Below, piece after piece: positions 11,038 through 23,813 of a stretch of 64,000 nucleotides of DNA. Under the pieces are notes generated by a model. It was not told where the DNA came from, did no database searches, and saw only the letters and a list, made by a program, of their open reading frames with translations. Position 1 is the first letter of the stretch. The number at the start of each line of letters is the position of its first letter. Location: positions 32,001 to 96,000 of the forward strand of contig OZ241326.1 of NCBI GenBank assembly GCA_965199855.1, given 5' to 3'. A program made the position numbers and the translations under genes. Source of the DNA: a bacterium. Lineage in GTDB: Bacteria > UBA8248.

Positions 11038-12180
11038 CTAGCGATCGCACTCGCCGAGCACGATGTCGATGCTCCCGATGATGGCCACCACGTCCGCCAC
11101 CAGCTGCCCGACGCACAGCTTCTTCAGCCCGCCCAGGTTGATGAACGAGGGCGGCCGGATGCGGACGCGGTAGGGCGTCTCCGTGCCGTCGCTCACGACG
11201 TAGAAGCCGAATTCGCCCTTGGGGTTCTCGATGCTGTGGTAGATCTCGCCCGCGGGCGGCTTGATGGTGCGGGGCGTCTTGCAGCTCACGGGCCCGCCGG
11301 GAAGCTGCGCGAGGCACTGCTGGATGATGCGGGTGCTCTGGCGCATCTCCTCCACGCGCACGAGGTAGCGGTCGTAGATGTCGCCGTTCTCCCCGACGGG
11401 CACCACGAAGTCGAGATAGGGATACGCCGCGTAGGGCTTGGCGCGCCTCAGGTCCCACCGCACGCCGCTGCCCCGGATGATGGGGCCGGTGAGGCCCAGA
11501 TCCATCGCGTCCTCGCCGGAGATGACGCCCACCCCGCGCGTCCTCTGGAGCCAGATGCGGTTGTTCGTGAGCAGGGTCTCGTAGTCGTCGATGCGGCTCG
11601 GGAAGACGTCGGCGAACTCCTGGGCGAGGCGCAGGAACTTCTCCGGCACGTCCTCGTGCAGCCCCCCGAGGCGGAAGGCGTTGACCGTGAGGCGGCCGCC
11701 GAAGGCGGTCTCGAACAGGTCGAGCACCGCCTCGCGCTCCCGGAAGCACCACAGGAACACCGTCATCGCCCCGATGTCCAGGGCGTGCGTGGCGAGCCAG
11801 AGCAGGTGGCTGGCGACGCGGGAGAGCTCCCCCACCATCGATCGGACGTATTGCGCCCGCAGGGGAATCTCCCAGTCGAAGAACTTCTCGACGGCCGTCA
11901 CCCACGCCAGGTTGTTCGAGGGAGCGGCGATGTAGTCGAGGCGATCCGTGTAGGGGATGAACATCGTGTAGGTGATGTTCTCGCCGATCTTCTCCGTGCC
12001 CCGGTGCAGGTAGCCGATGTCGCAGTCGAGGTCGTTCACCGTCTCGCCGTCGAGCTTCAGGATGACCCGCAGCACCCCGTGCGTGCTCGGGTGCTGGGGG
12101 CCCATGTTGATGACGAGCTCCTCCGTCCCGCGCAGGGTGCTCTGCCGCTCGATGCGGGACGTATCCGCCGCGCCGACCAT
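11038..12180 (-). CDS. nuoD: NADH-quinone oxidoreductase subunit D (copy 2)
   Basis: NMGPQHPSTHGVLR, GYLHRGTEK and C-terminal SIDIVLGECDR. No NiFe-binding CxxC motifs. Confidence 0.95.
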   Translation of the reverse strand: MVGAADTSRIERQSTLRGTEELVINMGPQHPSTHGVLRVILKLDGETVNDLDCDIGYLHRGTEKIGENITYTMFIPYTDRLDYIAAPSNNLAWVTAVEKFFDWEIPLRAQYVRSMVGELSRVASHLLWLATHALDIGAMTVFLWCFREREAVLDLFETAFGGRLTVNAFRLGGLHEDVPEKFLRLAQEFADVFPSRIDDYETLLTNNRIWLQRTRGVGVISGEDAMDLGLTGPIIRGSGVRWDLRRAKPYAAYPYLDFVVPVGENGDIYDRYLVRVEEMRQSTRIIQQCLAQLPGGPVSCKTPRTIKPPAGEIYHSIENPKGEFGFYVVSDGTETPYRVRIRPPSFINLGGLKKLCVGQLVADVVAIIGSIDIVLGECDR

Positions 12181-12211
12181 ATTTCCCCGCTCCCTCAAGC
12201 GCCCCGCCGCG

Positions 12212-12799
12212 CTACTCGCCGATTTCCTTGCGCGCGGGCTTCTCGTAGATTCGCTCCCCCCTGCCCTCCAGGGGGTAGTCCTTCCGCATCGGGTGGCCGC
12301 CCCAGTCGTCGGGCAGGAGGATGCGCCTCAGGTCGGGATGCCCCTCGAACCCGATCCCGAACAGGTCGTAGACCTCGCGCTCCATCCAGTCCGCGCTGCT
12401 CCACACGCCGGAGACCGTCGGGACGGCCTGGCCCTCCCGGAGCCTCACCCTGAGGCGAAGCCTGCGGTTGTGCTCGAAGCTGTAGAGGTGGTAGAGCGCC
12501 TCGAAGGGACGCTCCGCCTCCGGGTAGTGCGCCGCCGTCATGTCCGTGAGCAGGGCGAAGCGCGCGTCCGGGTGATCGCGCAGACGCTCCGCCGCGCGAA
12601 CCAGGACATCCGCCTCCAGCGCGAAGGTCGCCTCGTCCTCCTCGTCCCGATAGGCGCTCCGCTCCAGCACGGCGCCCGGAAGCGCCGCCTCGAGCAGCTC
12701 CTTCAGGTCCTCGCCGGGCGGGGGCTTCGCCGCCTCCGCGGCCCCGGAGTCCGGCGCGCCGCTCCCCCCCTCGCTGCTTTCCGCTGCTTCGTCCGGCAT
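12212..12799 (-). CDS. nuoC: NADH-quinone oxidoreductase subunit C (copy 2)
   Basis: WMEREVYDLFGIGFEGHPDLRRILLPDDWGGHPMRKDYP. Confidence 0.93.
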   Translation of the reverse strand: MPDEAAESSEGGSGAPDSGAAEAAKPPPGEDLKELLEAALPGAVLERSAYRDEEDEATFALEADVLVRAAERLRDHPDARFALLTDMTAAHYPEAERPFEALYHLYSFEHNRRLRLRVRLREGQAVPTVSGVWSSADWMEREVYDLFGIGFEGHPDLRRILLPDDWGGHPMRKDYPLEGRGERIYEKPARKEIGE

Positions 12800-12825
12800 C
12801 TTCTTCCCTTGCCTGCCGCAGGAGC

Positions 12826-13302
12826 CTATCTGCGGACGTATTTTTCCCGCTCGATCTTCTTCTGGAGCTGCATGACGCCCCACATCAGCGATTCGGGCCT
12901 GGGCGGGCAGCCCGGCACGTAGACGTCCACCGGGATGATTTCATCCACCCCCTGCATCACCGCGTAGTTCGCGTAGGGCCCGCCGCAGGTGGCGCAGTTT
13001 CCCATGGCGATCACCCAGCGCGGCTCGGGCATCTGGTCATAGACCTTGCGGATCGCGTCCCCCATCTTGTGGGTTACCGTCCCCGCCACGATGATCACGT
13101 CCGACTGGCGCGGCGTGGCGCGGAAGATGACGCCGAAGCGGTCGAAGTCGTAGCGCGCGGCGCCCGACGCCATCATCTCGATGGCGCAGCAGGCGAGGCC
13201 GAAGGTCATCGGCCAGAGCGCGCTCTTCCGCGCCCAGGCGACCAGGCTGTCCACTTTCGAGGTGATGAAGTTGTCGCTGAACCTTCCCTCGACTAGGCCC
13301 AC
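12826..13302 (-). CDS. nuoB: NADH-quinone oxidoreductase subunit B (copy 2)
   Basis: [10 protein letters not shown] and [12 protein letters not shown] start overlaps the end of nuoA. Confidence 0.95.
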   Translation of the reverse strand: MGLVEGRFSDNFITSKVDSLVAWARKSALWPMTFGLACCAIEMMASGAARYDFDRFGVIFRATPRQSDVIIVAGTVTHKMGDAIRKVYDQMPEPRWVIAMGNCATCGGPYANYAVMQGVDEIIPVDVYVPGCPPRPESLMWGVMQLQKKIEREKYVRR

Positions 13303-13685
13303 TCCAGCGCTCCTTTTCTCCAGGCGTAGAAATACCCGACCAGGAGGATGGCGATGAACAGCATCATCTCGATGAACCCGAACAGCCCGAGGGCGTCGTA
13401 GCGCACCGCCCAGGGAAACAGGAACAGGGCCTCGACGTCGAAGAGCAGGAACAGGATGCCCAGCAGGTAGAAGCGGATGGAGAAGCGCTCGTGCGCCTCC
13501 ATGAGCGGGGGCATCCCGCACTCGTAGGGGGAGTTCTTCTCCGCGTCCGGCGCGTGCGGACGGACGAGGAGCGCGAGGATGAGGACGCTCGCGGCGAAGG
13601 CGAACGCCATGAGCGTGAACAGGAAGATGGGAACATACGGGTTGATGGCCTCGTAGTCCCTGAAGAAAGCGCCCACGATGTCCAT
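13293..13685 (-). CDS. nuoA: NADH-quinone oxidoreductase subunit A (copy 2)
   Basis: [17 protein letters not shown] and KGALEW. Confidence 0.95.
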   Translation of the reverse strand: MDIVGAFFRDYEAINPYVPIFLFTLMAFAFAASVLILALLVRPHAPDAEKNSPYECGMPPLMEAHERFSIRFYLLGILFLLFDVEALFLFPWAVRYDALGLFGFIEMMLFIAILLVGYFYAWRKGALEWA

Positions 13686-13808
13686 TCGGGCTCCCCCAAA
13701 AGCCGCCGCCGGGAAAGCGGCGCGAAACCGCCCGGCGCGCCGCGCCGGAGAGGGCCGCTCCCCCGAAAACCCCGCAACCAAAGCCTGACGCCGGACGAAT
13801 CGCCATGC

Positions 13809-13817
13809 CTTATATCA
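13809..13817 (-). promoter_or_regulatory. Possible extended -10 promoter for the second nuo operon
   Basis: TG-A-TATAAG in the 164-bp gap between nuoN copy 1 and nuoA copy 2. Confidence 0.35.
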
Positions 13818-13849
13818 CGGCGCCGACCGAAAAACCAACCCCTGGGGGG

Positions 13850-15328
13850 TCAGTTAAGAAAGACGGCGGAGCGGTGGGCGAAATCCAGCGCCGGGGAGGG
13901 GAAAATCCCCAGCTGGAGCGCGCCCGCGGCGGCGGCGAGCAGCGCCGCGGCGCCATACGACCAGCCCGGATGCGGGCGGCGCCCCGCCGCCCTCCCTTCG
14001 GGTTCGCGCATATACATCGCCACGACGACCCGCAGATAGTAGAACGCGGCAACCACGCTGTTGAGCGCGGCTATCACGGCGAGCCAGAGGTATCCCCCCT
14101 TCACGGCCGCGCCGAACACCTGGAACTTCGCGACGAACCCCCCGGTGGGCGGCAGGCCCGAGAGCGAGACCATGAACACGGCCATCGCCGCCGCCAGCCC
14201 CGGCCGCAGGGAGGCCAGCCCCGCCAGATCGTCGAGCCGCGCCTCGCCGCCCTCCTTCTCGTTCGAGAGGGCGACGAGGACGCAGAAGGCGCCCATGTTC
14301 ATGAAGGCGTAGACGAGCATGTAGTAGAGGAATCCGCTCGCCGCCGGCGCGGGGCTCGAGCGCGAGGCCACGAGCGCGACCATGAGGTAGCCCGCGTGGG
14401 CGACGCTGGAGTAGGCGAGCATCCGCTTCACGCGCGACTGCCGGAGGGCGACGAGGTTCGCCAGGGTCATCGTGAGGGCGGCCATGACCCACAAAACCGC
14501 CTCGATGTGCTCGCCGGCGGCCTCCGTGGAGAGAAAGACACGGAAGAACGCGGCGAAGGCCGCCGCCTTGGGGCCCACGGACATGAACGCCGCCGCCGCC
14601 GTGGGCGCGCCCTCGTACACGTCCGGCGTCCACATGTAGAAGGGAGCGGCGGCCACCTTGAAGCCCAGGCCCGCCACCATGAAGCCCATGCCCAGCGAGA
14701 AGGCGGCGCCTCCCGAGGCGGGGTTCGAGCGAAGCCGCCCGGCGATCTCCGCCAGATCGATGGAGCCCGTGGCGCCATAGACGAGCGCCATGCCGTAGAG
14801 CAGGAAGCCCGAGGCGAACGCGCCCAGGAGGAAATACTTGAGCGCCGCCTCGTTGCCCTCCGGGCGCGCGCGCAGATAGCCCGCCATGACGTAGAGCGAG
14901 AGCGAGAACACCTCGAGCCCCACGAATATCATCAGCAGGCTGCGCGTCGCCGCCATGAGCATCATGCCGGAGGTGGCGAAGAGGATGAGGCCGAAATACT
15001 CGCCCGCCGGCGCGTCGTCGAGCTCCCGCTGGGCGGCGGCGATGAGCGCGGCGAGGACGCTCGCCGCCAGGATGACGACGAACACGAACCGCGTGAACCC
15101 GTCGAAGAGGTACATCCCGCCGAAGGAGGCGGCGCGCCCCGGAATCGCCGGCGCGGCGAGCGCCGCGGCGAGGGCGGCGGCGAGCGCGGCCAGCGTGATG
15201 GCGACGATGACGGCGCGCCCGCCCCGGGGGAAGAAGGCGTCCCACATGAGCGCCAGCACCGCACCGCCCGCCGTCAGAAGCACCGGCAGCAGGCAGTCCC
15301 AGTGGATGACGGGATAGGCGACGTCCAA
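13850..15328 (-). CDS. nuoN: NADH-quinone oxidoreductase subunit N (copy 1)
   Basis: EAALKYFLLGAFASG and FKVAAAPFYMWTPDVYEGAP. TTG start follows a GGGAG RBS. Confidence 0.93.
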   Translation of the reverse strand: MDVAYPVIHWDCLLPVLLTAGGAVLALMWDAFFPRGGRAVIVAITLAALAAALAAALAAPAIPGRAASFGGMYLFDGFTRFVFVVILAASVLAALIAAAQRELDDAPAGEYFGLILFATSGMMLMAATRSLLMIFVGLEVFSLSLYVMAGYLRARPEGNEAALKYFLLGAFASGFLLYGMALVYGATGSIDLAEIAGRLRSNPASGGAAFSLGMGFMVAGLGFKVAAAPFYMWTPDVYEGAPTAAAAFMSVGPKAAAFAAFFRVFLSTEAAGEHIEAVLWVMAALTMTLANLVALRQSRVKRMLAYSSVAHAGYLMVALVASRSSPAPAASGFLYYMLVYAFMNMGAFCVLVALSNEKEGGEARLDDLAGLASLRPGLAAAMAVFMVSLSGLPPTGGFVAKFQVFGAAVKGGYLWLAVIAALNSVVAAFYYLRVVVAMYMREPEGRAAGRRPHPGWSYGAAALLAAAAGALQLGIFPSPALDFAHRSAVFLN

Positions 15329-15330
15329 GG

Positions 15331-16884
15331 CTATCTCCCCCCGGCTTCCGGGGCGCGGGCGAGCCGGGGGAGCCTCCCCTTCGGCGCGGGCGCGTCCGCC
15401 GCGCGCGGCGCCCGCCGGCTCACCTGCGCGAGCCAGGCCTTGGCCGAGGGCTCGATGCGGTCGAACAGGGGCTTGGGGTAGAGGCCGATCCAGAACATGA
15501 GCGCCACCATCGGAAGCACGACGATCCACTCGCGCCGGCTCAGGTCGGGAAGCCCCAGGTTCGCCCGGATTCTCACCTCGCCGAAGAGGACGCGCTGGAG
15601 CATCCAGAGCATATAGACCGCCGAGAGCACCACCCCGGACGCCGCCAGGGCGGCGAACCAGGGGCTCCGCTGGAAGACGCCCAGCAGAATCGTGAACTCG
15701 CCCACGAACCCGTTGAGGCCGGGCAGGCCGATGCTGCTCAGCGCCGTGATGATGAAGACGGCGGAAAGCGCGGGCGCCACCCGGATGAGGCCGCCGAAGT
15801 CCTCGATGCGCCGCGTCCGCCGCCTCGCGTAGAGGAAGCCCACGATGAGGAAGAGCGCCCCGCTGCTGACGCCGTGGTTCACCATCTGAAGAACGCTCCC
15901 CGACGCGCCCGCAAGATTGAAGGAGAAAAGCCCCAGAATCACGAAGCCCAGGTGGCTCACCGAGGAGTAGGCGACGAGCTTCTTCACGTCGGTCTGCACC
16001 ATGGCCATGAGCGCGCCGTAGATGACGCCGACGACCGCCAGGGACATGAGGACGCCCGCGAACTCCTGCGCCGCCGCCGGGAACAGCGGCATCGCCAGCC
16101 GCATGAAGCCGTAGGCGCCCATCTTGAGGAGGACGCCGGCGAGGATGACGCTGCCCGCCGTGGGCGCCTCCACGTGGGCGTCGGGCAGCCAGGTGTGGAG
16201 CGGGAAAAGCGGCACCTTGACGGCGAAGGACGCGGCGAAGGCGGCGAACAGCCAGGGCTGGAGGGAGGCGTCCACCGGGTTCTCGAAATGCGCGAGGATG
16301 TCGAAGCCGCCCACGCCGCCCGCGAAGTGCAGCCAGAGTATCGCCACGAGCATCAGCACGCTTCCGGCCATGGTGTAGAGGAAGAACTTCATGGCCGCGT
16401 AGATCCGGCGGCTCCCGCCCCAGATTCCGATGATGAGATACATCGGAATGAGCATCCCCTCCCAGAAGACGTAGAACAGGAAGAAGTCGAGCGCGAAGAA
16501 CACGCCGAGCATCCCCGTCTCCAGGAACAGCAGGGAGGCGTAGTAGAGCCGCGTCCTGCGCCGCACGTCGTCGAAGGAGAAGAGAACGGCTACGGGGGTG
16601 AGGATGGCCGTCAGCATCACGAGCGGCAGGCTGATGCCGTCCACCCCCACCTTGTAGGAGATTCCGAGCGCGGGAATCCACGCGGCCTCCTCGACGAACT
16701 GCATCCCCGCGACGCCGGGCGCGAAGCGGGCGTACAGCGCAAGCGCGAGGGCGAGCGCGCCCAGGGAGACCGCCAGCGCGAAGACGCGCGCGCCGCCCCC
16801 CCTGCGCCCGCCCCCGGGCGCGAGGACGAGCAGCAGCCCCCCGGCCAGGGGCAGAAACAGCGTCGCGGTGATGATTCCGGGCAC
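15331..16884 (-). CDS. nuoM: NADH-quinone oxidoreductase subunit M (copy 1)
   Basis: KVPLFPLHTWLPDAHVEAPT and LLKMGAYG. Confidence 0.95.
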   Translation of the reverse strand: MPGIITATLFLPLAGGLLLVLAPGGGRRGGGARVFALAVSLGALALALALYARFAPGVAGMQFVEEAAWIPALGISYKVGVDGISLPLVMLTAILTPVAVLFSFDDVRRRTRLYYASLLFLETGMLGVFFALDFFLFYVFWEGMLIPMYLIIGIWGGSRRIYAAMKFFLYTMAGSVLMLVAILWLHFAGGVGGFDILAHFENPVDASLQPWLFAAFAASFAVKVPLFPLHTWLPDAHVEAPTAGSVILAGVLLKMGAYGFMRLAMPLFPAAAQEFAGVLMSLAVVGVIYGALMAMVQTDVKKLVAYSSVSHLGFVILGLFSFNLAGASGSVLQMVNHGVSSGALFLIVGFLYARRRTRRIEDFGGLIRVAPALSAVFIITALSSIGLPGLNGFVGEFTILLGVFQRSPWFAALAASGVVLSAVYMLWMLQRVLFGEVRIRANLGLPDLSRREWIVVLPMVALMFWIGLYPKPLFDRIEPSAKAWLAQVSRRAPRAADAPAPKGRLPRLARAPEAGGR

Positions 16885-16920
16885 TCGCCCCTCACGCTCC
16901 CCGAAAGGTCGAAAAAGCCG

Positions 16921-18825
<1,905 letters not shown>

Positions 18826-18839
18826 GATTTCCCAGCTTC

Positions 18840-19142
18840 TTACAGCTTCAGCAGGTTGACTTCGTCGAGGTCGGTGGACTCGCGGTTGCGGTAGATCAGC
18901 ACCACGATGGCCAGGCCGACGGCTGCCTCGGCCGCCGCCACCGCCATCACGAAGAACACGACCATCTGCCCCGTCATCGAATCCAGAAACCGCCCGTAGG
19001 CCACGAACGCCAGGTTCGCCCCGTTCATCATCAGCTCGACGCACAGGATGACGACGATGGCGTTTCGGCGCACCACCACGCCCACGACCCCGAGGCAGAA
19101 CAGAATCGCGCTCAGAACCAGGTAGTGCTCCAGCGGCGCCAC
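18840..19142 (-). CDS. nuoK: NADH-quinone oxidoreductase subunit K (copy 1)
   Basis: RRNAIVVILCVELMMNG and [10 protein letters not shown]. Confidence 0.95.
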   Translation of the reverse strand: MAPLEHYLVLSAILFCLGVVGVVVRRNAIVVILCVELMMNGANLAFVAYGRFLDSMTGQMVVFFVMAVAAAEAAVGLAIVVLIYRNRESTDLDEVNLLKL

Positions 19143-19156
19143 GCCCGCGCGCTCCC

Positions 19157-19675
19157 CTAGCGGCTTCGCCGCCGCGCCAGCACCACGGCACCCACGATGC
19201 CCACGAACAGCAGCACGCCCATGGCCTGAAACGGCAGGAGATAGTCCGTCAAAAGAAGATTCCCGATAATCTGCGTGTTGCCCAGCTCGCTCACGCGCCC
19301 GGGCGGGAAGCCGCCCCGCGCTCCCGTCCGGAGGGAGGCGAACAGAAACGCCTTGAGCAGCGCGCCGAACAGGACGACGCCCGCCGCGGCGCCCAGCAGC
19401 TTCTGCGCGGGCAGGCGCAGCTCCCGCTTCTCCTCCCTGTCCAGGTTGATCAGCATCACCACGAACAGGAAGAGCATCATGATCGCGCCGGCGTAGATGA
19501 TCACCTGCACGACGGCTACGAACTGCGCGTGAAGCGAGAGATAGAGGCCGGCGAGGCCCAGAAACGTCAAAATCAGCGCGAGCACGCCGTAGAGCGGGCT
19601 GGGAAGCGCGACCACCGCCGCCGCTCCCGCCGCCGTCACCGCCGCCAGAAAGTAGAAGAACGCGGAGCTCGCCAC
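19157..19675 (-). CDS. nuoJ: NADH-quinone oxidoreductase subunit J (copy 1)
   Basis: AVVQVIIYAGAIMMLFLFVVML. Confidence 0.95.
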   Translation of the reverse strand: MASSAFFYFLAAVTAAGAAAVVALPSPLYGVLALILTFLGLAGLYLSLHAQFVAVVQVIIYAGAIMMLFLFVVMLINLDREEKRELRLPAQKLLGAAAGVVLFGALLKAFLFASLRTGARGGFPPGRVSELGNTQIIGNLLLTDYLLPFQAMGVLLFVGIVGAVVLARRRSR

Positions 19676-19720
19676 TATCGCCCGTCCTCCGGCGGGCGCG
19701 CCCCCGCCCGTCCCCGAACC

Positions 19721-20200
19721 CTAGACATAGGTGAGCAGCTTCTTCTCGTCGTAGCGGGCGTGAAGCTCGGGGTGATCCTCCGTCCGCTCCACCAGCAGGT
19801 CGCCCTTGGCGTAGAGGAACTTGCCGCGATCGTCCTGGCAGAACTCGTATTCGCTCCCGAGCACGACGGCGCCGACGGGACACGCCTCCTCGCAGTATCC
19901 GCAGAAGATGCAGCGCAGCTCGTTGATCTCATAGACGCTGGCGTAGCGCTCCCCCTTCGAGGTGGGCGCGGAGGGGTCGTTCTCCTCCGATTCCACGTAG
20001 ATGCAGTCCACCGGACACGCCGCCGAGCAGAGCTTGCAGCCCACGCACCGCTCCAGGCCGTCCTCCCAGCGCAACAGCTTGTGGAGGCCGCGGTAGCCCA
20101 CGGGCATCTCCTCCTTCACGTCGGGATACTGCACCGTCTCGCGCCTCTTGAGGGAATGCCTGAGCGTCAGCCACAGCCCCCTGCAAATCTCGCCCAACAT
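19721..20200 (-). CDS. nuoI: NADH-quinone oxidoreductase subunit I (only copy in the window)
   Basis: Two ferredoxin motifs, CVGCKLCSAACP and CIFCGYCEEACP. Confidence 0.95.
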   Translation of the reverse strand: MLGEICRGLWLTLRHSLKRRETVQYPDVKEEMPVGYRGLHKLLRWEDGLERCVGCKLCSAACPVDCIYVESEENDPSAPTSKGERYASVYEINELRCIFCGYCEEACPVGAVVLGSEYEFCQDDRGKFLYAKGDLLVERTEDHPELHARYDEKKLLTYV

Positions 20201-20226
20201 GACGTCTCCCCCCTTCGAGCGGCCCG

Positions 20227-21207
20227 CTAGCCCATCCAGACGACGGCGCCGGCCGTGAGAATCACGTTCAGGATGGAGAGCGGCAGGAGCGCCTTCCATC
20301 CGAAGCCCATCAGCTGATCGTAGCGCAGGCGCGGGGTGGAGGCGCGCAGCCACATGAAGAAGAACATGAACGCCAGCACCTTGATCAGAAACCATACGAC
20401 GGGCGGCAGCAGCGGCCCGCGCCAGCCGCCCAGGAAGAAGGTCGCGCCCACGGCCGAGAGCGTAATCATGCTGCAGTACTCGGCGAGGAAATAGATGGCG
20501 AAGTGCATGCTGCTGTATTCGGTGTGAAAGCCGCCGGTGAGCTCGCTTTCGGCCTCGGGCAGGTCGAAGGGGGCGCGGTTCGTCTCCGCCAGCATGCAGA
20601 CGACGAAGATCAGAAAGCCCAGGGGCTGGAGGACGATGTAGGGCATCTCCGCCTGGCCCTCGACGATCCCCTTGAGGCTCAGGGTGCCCGAGAGCATGAC
20701 CACGCCCAGAAGCGACATGCCGAGCGAGAGCTCGTAGCTGATGAGCTGCGCCGCCGAGCGCAGTCCCCCGATGAGCGGATACTTGCTGTTCGACGCCCAG
20801 GAGCCGAGCACGATGCCATACACCCCGATGCCCGCCATGGCGAAGACGTAGAGGATGCCGACGTTGACGTCGGCCAGCACGAGGTCCACCTTCCGGCCGA
20901 GCACCGTCACCGAATCGCCGAAGGGCACCACGGCGAAGGCGGCCAGGGCGGGAATGAGCGTGATGGCCGGCGCGAGGACGTAAATCGCCTTGTCGGCCTG
21001 ATCGGGAATGACGGTCTCCTTGAACATGAGCTTCACCCCGTCGGCGATGGGCTGCAGAAGCCCCGCCGGGCCCACCCGGTTGGGCCCCACGCGCACCTGC
21101 ACGAGCGCGAATACGCGCCGCTCCATCCAGGTCATGTAGGCGGCGAGCACCAAAAGCCCGCCGAAGCCCACGAGCGTCTTTCCGACAATGATGAGCAAAG
21201 AGGCCAT
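20227..21207 (-). CDS. nuoH: NADH-quinone oxidoreductase subunit H (copy 1)
   Basis: [19 protein letters not shown] and [16 protein letters not shown]. Confidence 0.95.
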   Translation of the reverse strand: MASLLIIVGKTLVGFGGLLVLAAYMTWMERRVFALVQVRVGPNRVGPAGLLQPIADGVKLMFKETVIPDQADKAIYVLAPAITLIPALAAFAVVPFGDSVTVLGRKVDLVLADVNVGILYVFAMAGIGVYGIVLGSWASNSKYPLIGGLRSAAQLISYELSLGMSLLGVVMLSGTLSLKGIVEGQAEMPYIVLQPLGFLIFVVCMLAETNRAPFDLPEAESELTGGFHTEYSSMHFAIYFLAEYCSMITLSAVGATFFLGGWRGPLLPPVVWFLIKVLAFMFFFMWLRASTPRLRYDQLMGFGWKALLPLSILNVILTAGAVVWMG

Positions 21208-23796
21208 CTACGCCTCCACCGCCCGGGCTTTTCGCGGGCGAATCTCCACCCCCTGGCGGCCCGGCGCCCCGCCCGCGTTGAGCAGGGAGCCGCCATGGAC
21301 GCGCAAATAGCCCTCCGACGCGAAGGCGACGCCCGCGGGAACGCCCCGGTCGGGGCGCAGAGGGAGCCTTGCCGTCCGGCCGCCTATCTCGAACTCCACC
21401 TCCTCCCCCTCCGCCGCGCCCAGAGCCTCCGCGTCCGCCGGCGAAACGGCGAGCGCGGCGTCGGGCATGTCGGCCAGATGGCGCGCCGAGGCGACCTGCG
21501 CCCCCGAGAGCCACAGGACGGGCGTCAGGAGCATCCGCAGGCCCGGCGCGGGCGCCTCTTTTTCGGGAATCGGCGCGACTTGGCAGGCGCCCTCGCGCGG
21601 GCGCGCCAGAAGCAGTCCCTCCTCGGGGAGGCGGCCGAAGGCGTCCGCGTAGTCGCCGATGAGCGCGCGCGCCTCAACCTGAATCTTCTCCAGGGAGGCC
21701 GCCCGCATGGGCCGCTCCATCGCCCTGGCCATATCGACGAACGCCCGCCAGGCGTCGGGCGTCATCCTGTCGATCGTCGGCTTGAGCGCGCGCGGAAGGG
21801 ACTGCGCGCGGCGCTCGAGGTTCGTGACGCTCCCCGCCTCCTCGTAGAGGGTGGGCGCGGGGATCACGAGGTCGGCGTATTCCGCGCTCGCGTTGAGATG
21901 CGAGGCGTGCAGAACGACGAAGTCGGCCTTCTCCAGCGCCTCTCGCGCGCGCGCGCCGTCAGGACGCTCCGCCGCGGGGTCGCAGCCCAGAAGATACAGC
22001 CCCTTCAGTTCGCCGCGGGCGAGGCCGTCCAGGATGCCGTTCGCGTCCTTTCCGGCCTCCGCGCCCGGGGGCCTTCCCCACGCCTCCGCGCAGGCGGCGC
22101 GCGCTCGCGCGTCCGTCAGGTCGCCTCCGGGCAGGGTCTGCGGGTGCAGGCCCATGTCCAGCGCGCCCTGGAGGTTCGGAGCGCCCGGGGCGAAGAGCGC
22201 GCTCGCGCGGAGCAGAAGCCCGAGGTTGATCGCCTCGGAGACGGCGGTCTTCCCCGTCTCCCCGGGGCCCGAAAGCACGCTCACGCCGCCTTCGGCCGCC
22301 AGAATCGCCGCGGCCGCCGCCCGCACAGCTTCGGGGGCTACGTCCGCCTCCCCGCAAAGGCGGCCCAGGTCCGCCTCGGCCAGAAGCGCGGCGTATTCGT
22401 CCGCGTTCGCGCCCCCGGGCCTCGCCCCGCCCTCCAGCAGGCACTTCGCCAGCGCGCGCAGCGCGCGGGAGACGCCTCCCAGCGCCGGGATGAATTGATG
22501 CGTCCGGCCCTGGACGCGCAGGTCGATGCGCCTCTGGTTCACGCTGACGATGACGGCGCCCGCCCGGTGCGCCTTTCTGATCTGGAGCGCGAGGATGGGG
22601 TGCTGCGCGAAGGGGTCGGCGCCCACGATGACGACGGCGCCCGAGCGGCCCAGCTCCTCGATGCTTCCCACCCCGCCCACGCCGCCGAAGGCCGCGCGCT
22701 GGGCGTCCGTCTGCGCCAGGTCGCGCGGATGAACGCGGCAGTCAACGTGGCCGGTTCCCAGGACGGAGCGCATGAAGACGCCGAACTGATAGGCGGTCTC
22801 GTTCGTGGAGGAGGCGCCGCCCAGGCCGGCGAGCGCGCCCGCGCCGTGCGCCTCGATGACGGCGCCGAAGCGCCGCGCCGCCTCGCCGATCGCCTCCGCC
22901 CAGCTGATCGGGACGAGGCGCCCCTCCCTCCGGATCATCGGCTGCGTCACGCGCCCCTCGCCGCGCGCCGCGCTCCAGCCGAAGCGCGCCACGTCGCAAA
23001 TCCAGGCGTCGTTGACCCGTCCGTTCTCGGCCGCCGTCACGCGCTTGATCTCGCCGTCCTTCGTCCAGACGCTCTGGCGGCAGCCCACGCTGCACAGCGC
23101 GCAGGGGGTCTTGGTCTCCCGCATCTCCCACACGCGGGCGGTGAAGCGGTATTTGTTGTCCGTGAGCGCGCCGACGGGGCAGATGTCGATGACGTTGCCG
23201 GAGACGACGCTCGTCAGGGGCAAATCCTCGAAGACGCCCACCTCGGTGCGGTCCCCCCGCTGCGCCCAGCCGAACTCCGCGCCGCCGTCGATCTCCTCGG
23301 TGAAGCGGATGCAGCGGGTGCAGTGCACGCAGCGGTTCATCTCGGGCTTGATGAAGGGGCTGATCTCCTTGTCCGGATACACGCGCCGGAACTCATGCGT
23401 TCTGCTGATCGCCTTCCCGTAGGCCATCGTCTGATCCTGGAGGGGGCACTCGCCGCCCTGATCGCACACCGGACAGTCGAGCGGGTGGTTTTTGAGCAGA
23501 AACTCGAACACCCCCTCCTGGGCTTCGACGACGCGGGGGGTGCGGGAGCTGACGACCATCCCCTCGGCCGCCGGCGTGGCGCAGGAGGGCTGAAGCTTCG
23601 GGATCGGCCTGCCGTTGCCGGCGTCCAGCACCTCCACGAGGCAGGCGCGGCACTGGCCCACGATGGAGAGGTTCTTGTGGTAGCAGAAGTGCGGGACGTG
23701 CTCGCCCGCCCTGAGCGCGGCCTCGAGGACGGGCAGGCCCGCCTCTATCGCGACGCTCCGATCGTTGAAGGTGAAGGTTACCCGCTCGTTCGACAT
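21208..23796 (-). CDS. nuoG: NADH-quinone oxidoreductase subunit G
   Basis: PHFCYH..CRAC, NHPLDCPVCDQGGECPLQD, RCVHCTRCIRF and CALCSVGC. Confidence 0.95.
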   Translation of the reverse strand: MSNERVTFTFNDRSVAIEAGLPVLEAALRAGEHVPHFCYHKNLSIVGQCRACLVEVLDAGNGRPIPKLQPSCATPAAEGMVVSSRTPRVVEAQEGVFEFLLKNHPLDCPVCDQGGECPLQDQTMAYGKAISRTHEFRRVYPDKEISPFIKPEMNRCVHCTRCIRFTEEIDGGAEFGWAQRGDRTEVGVFEDLPLTSVVSGNVIDICPVGALTDNKYRFTARVWEMRETKTPCALCSVGCRQSVWTKDGEIKRVTAAENGRVNDAWICDVARFGWSAARGEGRVTQPMIRREGRLVPISWAEAIGEAARRFGAVIEAHGAGALAGLGGASSTNETAYQFGVFMRSVLGTGHVDCRVHPRDLAQTDAQRAAFGGVGGVGSIEELGRSGAVVIVGADPFAQHPILALQIRKAHRAGAVIVSVNQRRIDLRVQGRTHQFIPALGGVSRALRALAKCLLEGGARPGGANADEYAALLAEADLGRLCGEADVAPEAVRAAAAAILAAEGGVSVLSGPGETGKTAVSEAINLGLLLRASALFAPGAPNLQGALDMGLHPQTLPGGDLTDARARAACAEAWGRPPGAEAGKDANGILDGLARGELKGLYLLGCDPAAERPDGARAREALEKADFVVLHASHLNASAEYADLVIPAPTLYEEAGSVTNLERRAQSLPRALKPTIDRMTPDAWRAFVDMARAMERPMRAASLEKIQVEARALIGDYADAFGRLPEEGLLLARPREGACQVAPIPEKEAPAPGLRMLLTPVLWLSGAQVASARHLADMPDAALAVSPADAEALGAAEGEEVEFEIGGRTARLPLRPDRGVPAGVAFASEGYLRVHGGSLLNAGGAPGRQGVEIRPRKARAVEA

Positions 23797-23813
23797 GCGC
23801 CGCCTCTCCCCCG